Source: Patescibacteria group bacterium UBA2211 (GTDB taxonomy: Bacteria > Patescibacteriota > Minisyncoccia > Minisyncoccales > Minisyncoccaceae). From it: DNA of 64,000 nucleotides. The notes below the pieces were generated by a model. That model made no database searches and was not told where the DNA came from. It saw only the letters and a list, made by a program, of their open reading frames with translations. Position 1 is the stretch's first letter; every line of letters begins with the position of its first letter. The position numbers and the translations under genes were made by a program. Where the stretch lies: assembly GCA_002327845.1 (NCBI GenBank), contig DCUP01000006.1, positions 70,015 to 134,014 on the forward strand. Direction: 5' to 3'. Below are positions 1 to 8,646 of this stretch, piece by piece.

Positions 1-707
1 GCATCTTTATTTTCACAAACTAACAAAGGAATAGATGATATTTTTGATTTATTATCAATCATCAAGCTTTGACAATCAATATGTCCTTTAGATTTTTCTT
101 TGGCAATAATTGAACTTTCGGCAACAATATTAGAGTTCTTTCTTCCTACTAATTTCAATTTAGAAATAGCTTGTGCTCCTTTTCCGCTTAAAAAAACTTC
201 TTCTTTTATTTTAATATTAGAATCGATACCGTTAATAGAAATGCTTAAATTAACTGATGAATTATCTCCACAAATTATCTTGTTCTTAATATTTAATTCT
301 TTGGGGGGAAACATATTGGAATAATTATAATCCAAAGACGAACCAGTCTCTAGGATAAATTCATAATCAGGAAAAACATTATCCATACTCCCCCATTTAT
401 GAATATGATTATATTCCAAAGAAGCCCCATTTTTTAAAATTAACTTACCCTTGGCCCTATGTGTTCCCAAAAGATTATTCTTTAAAGAACTGCAAAGAAC
501 GTTCGCCTTAGCTTTTATTCCTTCTTCGATTACCATTAAATTTTGCAAATCTTGTTTCACTTCAAAAGAAGCTATATTAACACAGGTAGATAAAGGAAAA
601 TCAATTTGTTTCTTAACCCAAATAAAATATCCTCCTTTCGGCTTTCCATCAAAATATTTCTTAGTCCAATTCAAAGAGTTCCAAGCGTCAATACTAGATA
701 AAATCAA
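1..707 (-). CDS. SufB/SufD-family Fe-S cluster assembly protein (N-terminal part; continues past window start)
   Basis: Manual minus-strand translation just downstream of sufC stays open to position 1: (TTG)ILSSIDAWNSL...AKEKSKGHIDCQSLMIDNKSKISSIPLLVCENKDA. The end resembles the conserved SufB/D C-terminal core. GAGGAGGT SD at 709-716. Absent from the ORF track because there is no stop in the window. Confidence 0.6.
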   Translation of the reverse strand, partial: MILSSIDAWNSLNWTKKYFDGKPKGGYFIWVKKQIDFPLSTCVNIASFEVKQDLQNLMVIEEGIKAKANVLCSSLKNNLLGTHRAKGKLILKNGASLEYNHIHKWGSMDNVFPDYEFILETGSSLDYNYSNMFPPKELNIKNKIICGDNSSVNLSISINGIDSNIKIKEEVFLSGKGAQAISKLKLVGRKNSNIVAESSIIAKEKSKGHIDCQSLMIDNKSKISSIPLLVCENKD

Positions 708-765
708 TACCTCCTCGCTTTTATTGATAAATTTTACGTCATTATCTATCAATAAAAAATCGGGA

Positions 766-1467
766 TTACATTTTTTTACACTGTCTGCACTTGGCATAAT
801 CATTTTCTTTAATATTTTTTAAAACTTTTCTAAAATCAGTACTTTCACAAATAATTTTTCCTTCCATTGTAATACCGACTCTATTAGGATTGATTTGCTC
901 TAATATTTCTCCTTGATGGGTAATAATTAAAACCGACATTCCGTCTTTAACTTTTTCCTTAATAATATTTACCACTTCTTCTCTTTTTTTAATATCTAAA
1001 CCAGAATCTATTTCATCTAAAATCATTAAGTCAGGATTTAAAGCAAGAACCTGCATCAGTTCAGATATTTTCTTCTCCCCGCCAGAAAAATTAACATTAA
1101 CATCTCTTTCTAAAAGATTTAGATGCTTTTCTTCGTATCCACTCTTTTTTTTAGAAATCAAATTTAATAATTTTTCTAGCTTTATTCCTTGTAAAGCGGG
1201 AGGATTTTGAAAAACTAAAGCAATCCCCTCCTTAACTCGTTTTTCTAAAGCTAACCTCTTGATATCTTTTCCTTTAAAAACAATCTCTCCTTTCTTAATT
1301 TTATATTCCGGTAAACCCATTATAGTTTTAGCAAGAGTGCTTTTACCGCTTGCGTTGGGACCCAAAAGAGCAAAGACTTCTCCTGTCTTAATTTTCAAAT
1401 CAACTCCGTTAAGAATTACTTTTCCATTAGTTTCAACAACTAAATTTTTTATTTCTAACAAACTCAT
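766..1467 (-). CDS. sufC: Fe-S cluster assembly ATPase SufC (ABC-type)
   Basis: Walker A GPNASGKST, ABC signature FSGGEKK, Walker B LMILDEIDSGLD. Typical SufC N-terminus LLEIKNL. Followed by a SufB/D-like gene. Confidence 0.85.
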   Translation of the reverse strand: MSLLEIKNLVVETNGKVILNGVDLKIKTGEVFALLGPNASGKSTLAKTIMGLPEYKIKKGEIVFKGKDIKRLALEKRVKEGIALVFQNPPALQGIKLEKLLNLISKKKSGYEEKHLNLLERDVNVNFSGGEKKISELMQVLALNPDLMILDEIDSGLDIKKREEVVNIIKEKVKDGMSVLIITHQGEILEQINPNRVGITMEGKIICESTDFRKVLKNIKENDYAKCRQCKKM

Positions 1468-1476
1468 TTTAATAAA

Positions 1477-1498
1477 TTAACCCAATGACTTGGGTTAA
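1477..1498 (-). terminator. Perfect 9-bp stem hairpin between the ferredoxin gene and sufC (intercistronic terminator or attenuator)
   Basis: TTAACCCAA-tgac-TTGGGTTAA read directly. T-rich flank on the minus strand. Confidence 0.45.
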
Positions 1499-1521
1499 TT
1501 GTATATAATAATTTAAAATAA

Positions 1522-1740
1522 TTAATCTTCCGTCTCTTCAGCCTCGACTCCATTCTCAACTTCAATTGCTCCGTAGGGACATAAATCTATACCGCCACAT
1601 TCTTCAACCTTAGCAGAGCTAATAACTTTTGCCTTACCATCAGCATCCATTTCTGTTCCTTCTGGACAAGACAAAGAACAACTTCCGCAACCAAGGCACT
1701 TTTCCTTATTTACTTTATATGTCTTGTTTGTATTTTCCAT
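1522..1740 (-). CDS. Small 4Fe-4S ferredoxin
   Basis: CLGCGSCSLSCP (CxxCxxCxxxCP) plus distal C..CP. 72 aa with an acidic tail. Confidence 0.8.
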   Translation of the reverse strand: MENTNKTYKVNKEKCLGCGSCSLSCPEGTEMDADGKAKVISSAKVEECGGIDLCPYGAIEVENGVEAEETED

Positions 1741-1744
1741 AATT

Positions 1745-2218
1745 TTATTTTTTACACTTTTCTATTGCTTCTTCTGCTTCTTCTTTTGATTTGAATCCTA
1801 CTACTTTAACCCACTTATTTGGTTCAAGTCTTTTATATATTTCAAAAAATTCTTGAAGTTCTTTTTTCTGATGTTCTGGCAAATCATCAATACTGTTAAT
1901 ATGTTTAAATCTTGGATCAATTTTGTCATCAGGAACAGCAATAATCTTATAATCAATTCCGCTCTCATCTTCCATGTCTAACATTCCAATAATCTTACAA
2001 GGAATGATACAACCGGGAAAAGTTGGCTCATTGACTAATACTACGGCGTCTAAAGGATCTCCATCTTCTGATAGTGTGTTTTCTATAAAACCATACTCAA
2101 AGGGCCAATAAACAGACGAATACAAGGCTCTATCAAGCATTATCTTTCCTGACTCCTTGTCTAATTCATACTTATTTGAGCTTCCTTTTGGGTTTTCGAT
2201 AAAAATATTTAATTTCAT
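1745..2218 (-). CDS. ppa: Family I inorganic pyrophosphatase
   Basis: NKYELDKESG...LDR...YPFEYGFI...DGDPLDAVVL pattern typical of soluble PPase. Confidence 0.9.
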   Translation of the reverse strand: MKLNIFIENPKGSSNKYELDKESGKIMLDRALYSSVYWPFEYGFIENTLSEDGDPLDAVVLVNEPTFPGCIIPCKIIGMLDMEDESGIDYKIIAVPDDKIDPRFKHINSIDDLPEHQKKELQEFFEIYKRLEPNKWVKVVGFKSKEEAEEAIEKCKK

Positions 2219-2275
2219 TTTTTTTGATTATTATTCTTTATTTAACTTTATCTTAAAAAACCATTTTTTTCAAGA

Positions 2276-3277
2276 CTATTCTGGCTTTCTTTTTCTGGTC
2301 ATCATATCAGCTAAAGCATCCTTAGGATCCTTATTTTTGTATAAAACTTGATACACAGACGAGACAATTGGCATATCTACTTTGTATTTTTTGCTCAATT
2401 GATATACTGCTTCAGTGGTTGTTGCTCCCTCAATTATGCTCGAAGTTGAATTAACAATATCTTCTAATTTCTGTCCTTTCGCAATTTTCTCTCCCAAGGT
2501 TCTATTCCTACTTTCAGGGCTAATGCAGGTAGTAGACAAATCTCCTAATCCTGCCAAGCCATAGAAAGTTTTTCTTTTGGCTCCCATTTTTTCTCCTAAC
2601 CTCTGTATTTCTACAATTCCTCGAGAAAGTACTGCTGCCTTAGCATTGGAACCAAAACCAAGCCCATCAGATATTCCTGCCACCACGGCAATAATATTTT
2701 TTAAAGGTCCGCCAAGTTCCACTCCGACAACATCTGTAGAGGTATAAACTCTAAAATATTCATTACTAAATATGTCTTGAATTCTTTTAGCAACAGAATG
2801 ATTTTTTGAAGCAGCAACGACTAAAGCTGGTAATTCTCTTGCTACTTCAACAGCAATCGTTGGACCAGACAAAATAGCAGTTTGAACATTTCCCAATTCT
2901 TCTTTTAAAATTTCTGTCATTCTCTTTAATGTTTTTTGTTCTAATCCTTTAGCAACATTAATAAATACTTTCCCTCTTAAAGAAACATTTTCTTTTTTAA
3001 TCTTCTTAGCCACGTCTCTAAAAAATTTGGATGGAATACTGAAAACAATATATTCACCAAATTCAATTGCCTTACCCAAATCTTTTTCAAAAACAATATT
3101 AGAAGGAATTTTTATTCCCTTTAAATATGTTTTATTCTCCCTTTCTTTGTCTAAAACATCCAAATACTCAGGAAAAGCGCTCCAAACCGTAACCTCATGT
3201 CCATTTTTAGATAATAGAATAGCCAAGGTTGTTCCCCATGCTCCATCTCCTAATATTGTTAATTTTGTTTTTTTCAT
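2276..3277 (-). CDS. gpsA: NAD(P)H-dependent glycerol-3-phosphate dehydrogenase
   Basis: N-terminal GDGAWGTTLA Rossmann motif, GPLKNIIAV, and length and layout typical of GpsA. Confidence 0.9.
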   Translation of the reverse strand: MKKTKLTILGDGAWGTTLAILLSKNGHEVTVWSAFPEYLDVLDKERENKTYLKGIKIPSNIVFEKDLGKAIEFGEYIVFSIPSKFFRDVAKKIKKENVSLRGKVFINVAKGLEQKTLKRMTEILKEELGNVQTAILSGPTIAVEVARELPALVVAASKNHSVAKRIQDIFSNEYFRVYTSTDVVGVELGGPLKNIIAVVAGISDGLGFGSNAKAAVLSRGIVEIQRLGEKMGAKRKTFYGLAGLGDLSTTCISPESRNRTLGEKIAKGQKLEDIVNSTSSIIEGATTTEAVYQLSKKYKVDMPIVSSVYQVLYKNKDPKDALADMMTRKRKPE

Positions 3278-3292
3278 ATATATAATTATACC

Positions 3293-6200
3293 TCAAATCT
3301 TCCTGTGAGCGCAAATATCTTTAAAATCACAATATTGGCAATGCCATCCGGGTGTAGGCTTAAAATTACTCCTTTTAATTTTCTCTAATAATCCTCTAAT
3401 TTCTGTTTCTGTATTTTCAATATCTCCTTCTTTAATGTTAAAAGAACAAGTTGTTCCATCGTCAAGATAGTAATAGGTTAATTTAAGAGGATTTAATCCT
3501 AAAACCTTTTTTGCTGCCACAGCATAAATCATAAGTTGAAGTTTTTCTTCTTTGGCTAACGTCTTTTTAGGTGAACCTGTTTTGTAATCTATAATTTCTA
3601 CTCCATCACCCAATTTATCTATCCTATCTATAGTACCTATAAAAACATCCCCATTTAACTTTAAATTAAAATTCTTTTCTAATGCTGGTTCTTCATTAAT
3701 AAAAAGAATCTCTGGTTTATTTTTAATAAAATCTTCGTAAAAAAGCTTTAGGCTTTGTTTTCCTTTTTCATAAAATTCTTTTTTAATTATTGAAGATTCA
3801 TACCAATCACTAATCCATTCTTTTTCATAAATTTTTAATAAATCTTCGAAACTCAATACTCCCGAACTAGCATTTTTACCAAAAAGAGATTTCTGTTCAA
3901 CTGAAGAAAATTTTAATGATTCCAAAACAAAACTATGCAATGTCTGATGAATACTTTTTCCAAAACTAAACACTGATTTTCCTCTTATCGGTATTTTAAA
4001 TATACTTCCAAACTTGTACCCCAAAGGACACTTTCTAAAAGATTCTAATTGAGAATAAGAAAAATGATCAGGAAGAAATATTTTTAAATCTCGCCCAGAA
4101 CCATTTGTTTCATTCGATTCTAATTTAAATCCCATCGAACGTTTAATACAAAAACCAGAACTTCTTGTAAATTTCTGCTTATTTAATACTTCTTCAGTTA
4201 TTAATCCTGATTCGATTAAAAACCTTGAAGGTTTCTTTAAATCTTTGCCTCCATAATCAGCAGCCCAAGTTAAAAATATTCCCCTTTTAGCCCTCGTTAA
4301 AGCAACATAAAACAATCTTCTTTCTTCTTGCATATGAAAATCTCCTTCTGGTAGAACTTCTTTAATTAAAGCTTCAGGAATTTCTATTGGATTCTTTTTC
4401 TGATCAGAAGGGAACTTTCTTGAAACTAAATTAGTTAAAAAAACATATTTAAATTCAAGGCCTTTTGAAGAGTGAATGGTCATAACTCTAACCGCTTCAA
4501 AGCTCGAATCGATACTATTTCTTATAGAACCCTCTTCTCCAGCATCTAATTCCATTTGTAGGTTTTCCATAAAAGAAAGAATAGTTGGATCAGCTTGTGA
4601 ATTTTCAAAGTTTTTAATCTTCTCAAAAAATTGATCAATCATCTCCCACTTTTTCAAACTCTCTTCATTGCTTTCTGGAATATACTTTCCATATTCTAAA
4701 TCATTAATAATATGAATAAAAACTTCGCTAGCATTCCTTTCTTTTGATAGTTTGTAATGCTTCTTTAGCCTTTCAACAATCTTTCTTAATTTAACAACCG
4801 TATCCGAAGTAAATTTACTTAAAAGATGACTATCTGTTATGGCTTCGAATATTGGAATTCCTTTTTTGTCGCTGTATTGAATAATTCTCGAAACTTCTTC
4901 GGGAGAAAAATCCATCATCCTTAATATTCTATAGAAATTAGGAGAATCATAAAAATTAAGAATAACCTTAAGATAAGAAATCAAATCAAGTATTAAAGGA
5001 TTAGTATATAAACCTTTTGAAGAAACGAATTGATAAGGAATACCAGCCCGCTCTAATGCTCGACTAAAATTATTAGCCGATTCATTGGTTCTAGTTAAAA
5101 TAGCAAAATCAGAAAACTCTGCTTTATTATCAATTTCTTTCAATTCCCAAATCTTATTAACAACTCCCGACACTTCATCATCAATTGTTTCAAAGCCAAG
5201 TAATTCTATAGCTCCTGATTTTACTTGGTTACTTTTTAGTTTTTTATCAACTTTCTTAAATGATTTTAAATCTATTCCCCTCTCTTCTGCTCTTTTATTA
5301 ATCCCCTCTATTTCATTTAACTGATACTCTAAACGATTAGGATTATTTAATTGTATAAATTGATATGATAAATCAAGAATATTTTGAGGCGATCTATAAT
5401 TTTCAACTAAAACGATTTCTTTTGATTTAGAATAGTCCTGTTTAAACCTCAACACATTATTAAATGAAGCTCCTTGAAAACCCATCACTGACTGATCATC
5501 ATCTCCAACCACTGTAATGTTATTTTCTGGATAAGCTATTTTTTGAATTAACTCATACTGAACCCAATTAGTATCTTGAAACTCATCAACCATTATATAT
5601 TTAAATTGATTTCTATATTTCTCTAAAATCTCTGGTCTTTTGTCGAACAATTTTAATGTATAATTTATTAAATCACCAAAATCTAAAACATTATTATCAA
5701 GTAAAAGTTTTTGATAAACATGATAAGCCTCAGCCACTTCTTTTATTCTCTCGTATTCTGACTGTTTATTAGTTAGGTCTTTTTTGTCTTTTGATTTAAC
5801 TGACTTAGATCCAACAGGAATATCATCTATATTTAATTTTAAAGAATCAGCATGCTCTAGATAATTCTCTGGATAAATGCCTTCATTCTTGCAATGACCA
5901 AAATGAGAAACTAGAGCTTCTATAAACTTAGTTGGATTTCCAAGAGGACGATATTCTTTTAAAAAATTAAACTTATCAAAATTCTTTTTAATTAAAATCC
6001 AGCTTCCAGTCTGTTCTAATAACTTGTAATTAGTCGGAATTCCAATACTTAATCCATATCTTTTTAGAATTCTATCGCAGAAAGAATGGAAAGTTGATAT
6101 CCAAAAATCGTAATATCCAAAAGGAAGTAATTTCTCGACCCTTTCCTCCATTTCTCTGGCAGCTTTTTCGGTAAAAGTAACAGCCAATATTTCTTCTGGC

Positions 6201-6397
6201 TTAATCCCCTTTTCTTTAATTAAATAAGCTATTCGATGAGTTAAAACAGTAGTTTTACCCGTTCCAGCGCCCGCAACAATCAAAAGAGGCCCCTTATCAA
6301 AGGTAACAGCCTCTTTCTGCTCTTTATTTAACTTAGTTAATAAATCAGACTCCATTAATACTCTTATACCACAAATTAGAAAAGCAAAAAAGGACAT
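3293..6397 (-). CDS. UvrD/PcrA-type SF1 helicase fused to a C-terminal Cas4/AddB-like PD-(D/E)xK Fe-S nuclease
   Basis: Helicase motifs GAGTGKT, VDEFQDTN and VMTIHSSKGLEF. C-terminal GTIDRID, IIDYKTG, QLMIYA, plus Cys cluster C...CQYCDFKDIC. True start may be Met15 (MESDLL, coordinate 6355). Confidence 0.85.
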   Translation of the reverse strand: MSFFAFLICGIRVLMESDLLTKLNKEQKEAVTFDKGPLLIVAGAGTGKTTVLTHRIAYLIKEKGIKPEEILAVTFTEKAAREMEERVEKLLPFGYYDFWISTFHSFCDRILKRYGLSIGIPTNYKLLEQTGSWILIKKNFDKFNFLKEYRPLGNPTKFIEALVSHFGHCKNEGIYPENYLEHADSLKLNIDDIPVGSKSVKSKDKKDLTNKQSEYERIKEVAEAYHVYQKLLLDNNVLDFGDLINYTLKLFDKRPEILEKYRNQFKYIMVDEFQDTNWVQYELIQKIAYPENNITVVGDDDQSVMGFQGASFNNVLRFKQDYSKSKEIVLVENYRSPQNILDLSYQFIQLNNPNRLEYQLNEIEGINKRAEERGIDLKSFKKVDKKLKSNQVKSGAIELLGFETIDDEVSGVVNKIWELKEIDNKAEFSDFAILTRTNESANNFSRALERAGIPYQFVSSKGLYTNPLILDLISYLKVILNFYDSPNFYRILRMMDFSPEEVSRIIQYSDKKGIPIFEAITDSHLLSKFTSDTVVKLRKIVERLKKHYKLSKERNASEVFIHIINDLEYGKYIPESNEESLKKWEMIDQFFEKIKNFENSQADPTILSFMENLQMELDAGEEGSIRNSIDSSFEAVRVMTIHSSKGLEFKYVFLTNLVSRKFPSDQKKNPIEIPEALIKEVLPEGDFHMQEERRLFYVALTRAKRGIFLTWAADYGGKDLKKPSRFLIESGLITEEVLNKQKFTRSSGFCIKRSMGFKLESNETNGSGRDLKIFLPDHFSYSQLESFRKCPLGYKFGSIFKIPIRGKSVFSFGKSIHQTLHSFVLESLKFSSVEQKSLFGKNASSGVLSFEDLLKIYEKEWISDWYESSIIKKEFYEKGKQSLKLFYEDFIKNKPEILFINEEPALEKNFNLKLNGDVFIGTIDRIDKLGDGVEIIDYKTGSPKKTLAKEEKLQLMIYAVAAKKVLGLNPLKLTYYYLDDGTTCSFNIKEGDIENTETEIRGLLEKIKRSNFKPTPGWHCQYCDFKDICAHRKI

Positions 6398-6435
6398 GCG
6401 TCCTCAGTTTGCAAAAAATTATTTACTTAATAATC

Positions 6436-6786
6436 TTACTTTTTATTGTTGTTTTTATTCTCATCAACTATCTTGTCATGCAACTCATCTAAACCATATG
6501 CTCCCAAAACTTTTCTGGCTTTATTTATCACCCTAGAACCAAAGATGCGAAATTCTTTAACAAAACCATTAATTTTTTGTTCTTCGGCAATATTTTTTAT
6601 TTCATTACCTTCTATCTTTGCGCCTACCGTACTCTCATTATTGTATATTTTCTTAAGAAAATCTTCTTTGTTCGGTTCTTTACTCTCTCTTATTACTTCG
6701 ATTTCACGATTATCGTCTTGTCCCTCTTTAGTTTGTTCTAAGTTAATAGTCTCTCCTATTTCTGTTTTTTCTATTTTTTCTTGCAT
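6436..6786 (-). CDS. Hypothetical protein (116 aa, E/K-rich)
   Basis: ORF tightly packed (1-nt gap) behind 6788..7096. No recognisable motif. Confidence 0.5.
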   Translation of the reverse strand: MQEKIEKTEIGETINLEQTKEGQDDNREIEVIRESKEPNKEDFLKKIYNNESTVGAKIEGNEIKNIAEEQKINGFVKEFRIFGSRVINKARKVLGAYGLDELHDKIVDENKNNNKK

Positions 6787-6787
6787 C

Positions 6788-7096
6788 TTATTTTTTACTT
6801 AAAAGTTCTTCTTGTAATAAAACAATCTGTTCAGATAATATTTTATCAAAATTAGGAATTTTCTCATCTAATATTTTAATAGTTTCTTCGGTATTTCCAG
6901 AAGTTAATCCAGCATTAATGTTTTTAATTTCTTCTTCGGGGAAGCCCTCCAACGCTTTCATAACACTTCTTCTTAAAACTATATCTGTCATTCTCTCTGC
7001 TATTTTTTCTTGAATTTCAAGGGGAGCTTGATCTACTCCAAGTTCTTTCATTATATCTATCTCTTTTCCTTTAATTATTATTTTATCTGAAGCCAT
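6788..7096 (-). CDS. Hypothetical small helical protein (102 aa)
   Basis: ORF in an operon-like array with the T4CP-like ATPase. No motif I can name with confidence. Confidence 0.5.
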   Translation of the reverse strand: MASDKIIIKGKEIDIMKELGVDQAPLEIQEKIAERMTDIVLRRSVMKALEGFPEEEIKNINAGLTSGNTEETIKILDEKIPNFDKILSEQIVLLQEELLSKK

Positions 7097-7128
7097 AATT
7101 TATTTACTATTTTAATTAATTATATAAA

Positions 7129-8631
7129 TTACTCTATCCAATCTAAATCTTTCTCTTTTGCTCCTTTATTAATTAATTCTTGAACTTTTGCATTTAATCC
7201 TCCCTCAACAGGAACATCCTTATAAGCATCTATTTGTTGATTTCCTTCTTCAGCTAGGTGATTTATCTTATCTTTTAATTCTGAATATATATAAGGTTTC
7301 GCTTTAAATATCTCGTGAAGTTTCTCAAATAAATCTTCGAAATTTTCAACCTGCTTAAACTCATCATCTTTTATTATTTTTTTCTTAGCTAATTCTTTAA
7401 ATAAGCCCTCAAAATCTTCAGCTTGATTAACAATTTGATCAAGTTCTTCCTCTTTTGTTATTTTTTTCTTAATTATTTCATTAAAAAGGTCTATTTCATT
7501 AATAGATTCTATTGGAGGAATAGAAGATTCTGATGTAGAAACTTCCTCTTGTTTCTCTTTTGTATCTTGTGGAATTCTAGATTCTGCATCTTCCAAATCT
7601 CTACATATTTTATGTATCAAAGCTCCTCCGCCACCAATACCAGTAATAGCGAAAGCCGTGTTACCAGCTGCTAATCCTAGAGCAGATGAATAATGAATAA
7701 AAGAATAACCAATTAGTACCTCTCCTAGTCCCATTCCTACAGCTCCAGCCGCTATTCCAGCAACAGGAAAAGCAATCATTCCTCCAGCAATGGCAATTTT
7801 GATAGCAAGCTTTACCCTTTCATCTTTTATTCCTGTAAGCTTTTCTATTAAATCTTTTTTTTCTTTACTTTGTCCTTCTTCGTTTTCTTTTAATATATCT
7901 TCTATATCGCTCAATTTTTTATTTATATTTTCAACAGAACCTTCGTCACTTTCTTTACCGCTTAAATATTCTTTAATGATCTGATCTTCTGTTTTTCCTG
8001 TAAGAGATTGAACATCTCTTAATGCTTCTTCATATTCCTCATAAACAGCCCTATATTCATTTGCTGCTACTGGTTCACCATCTTTAGCACCAAAAAAGGC
8101 TTTGAATTTATATGACAACTCTTTTTGTTTTTCTTTTTGAGCAAACATTTTGTTTTTGTTGTCAAACAAAGCTTTAAGATTTTCGATTGCTCTCTCTGTT
8201 CTAGCTTTCTTCTCTTCTCTAGCTTCTAATTCAGCTTTCTTTGTTTCTTCAGATTTTGTCTCCTCGGGAGTTTTTACTTCTTCTGGTTTCTTTACTTCTT
8301 CTGAAGTTTTCCCTTTCTCAGGAGTTTTTACTTCTTCTGTGTTGGATTGTTTTATTGGTAATTCTTCGTCTTCACCTACATATTTAGTATTAAGTATTTC
8401 CATTTTTGCAAGCTCTTCTTCAGCAATTTGAGCTCTGGTTTTTTCTGGTTGTTGTATTAATGGTTCTTCATCCAAATCTTCGCCCTTATTAGCTAAGTAC
8501 TGATCAAATTCAGGCTTATAATCTCCTTGTTGTTTTGTATTTTCTACTTTCATTTTTGCAAGCTCTTCTTCGGCAATTTGAGCTCTGGTTTTCTCTGGTT
8601 GTTCTTTTAATGGCTCTTTTGATTCATTCAT
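7129..8631 (-). CDS. Repeat-containing E/K-rich protein with central glycine-rich membrane segment
   Basis: Duplicated QPEKTRAQIAEEELAKM modules and EEVKTPE-type repeats. Hydrophobic Gly-zipper-like stretch AIAGGMIAFPVAGIAAGAVGMGLGEVLIGY...ITGIGGGGALI. Confidence 0.6.
   Translation of the reverse strand: MNESKEPLKEQPEKTRAQIAEEELAKMKVENTKQQGDYKPEFDQYLANKGEDLDEEPLIQQPEKTRAQIAEEELAKMEILNTKYVGEDEELPIKQSNTEEVKTPEKGKTSEEVKKPEEVKTPEETKSEETKKAELEAREEKKARTERAIENLKALFDNKNKMFAQKEKQKELSYKFKAFFGAKDGEPVAANEYRAVYEEYEEALRDVQSLTGKTEDQIIKEYLSGKESDEGSVENINKKLSDIEDILKENEEGQSKEKKDLIEKLTGIKDERVKLAIKIAIAGGMIAFPVAGIAAGAVGMGLGEVLIGYSFIHYSSALGLAAGNTAFAITGIGGGGALIHKICRDLEDAESRIPQDTKEKQEEVSTSESSIPPIESINEIDLFNEIIKKKITKEEELDQIVNQAEDFEGLFKELAKKKIIKDDEFKQVENFEDLFEKLHEIFKAKPYIYSELKDKINHLAEEGNQQIDAYKDVPVEGGLNAKVQELINKGAKEKDLDWIE
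8401..8603 (-). repeat. In-frame direct repeat (~53 bp, 150-bp period) inside 7129..8631
   Basis: 8401-8453 and 8551-8603 (catttttgcaagctcttcttc[a/g]gcaatttgagctctggtttt...) differ at 2 positions. Confidence 0.85.
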
Positions 8632-8646
8632 ATTATTTATTGTTTA

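Noticed and set aside
8401-8603. Direct repeats here and at 25602..25740 as possible CRISPR-like arrays.
   Set aside because: There are only two copies each. They are in frame inside long ORFs and encode duplicated peptide modules, and no spacer-repeat periodicity or cas genes are present.
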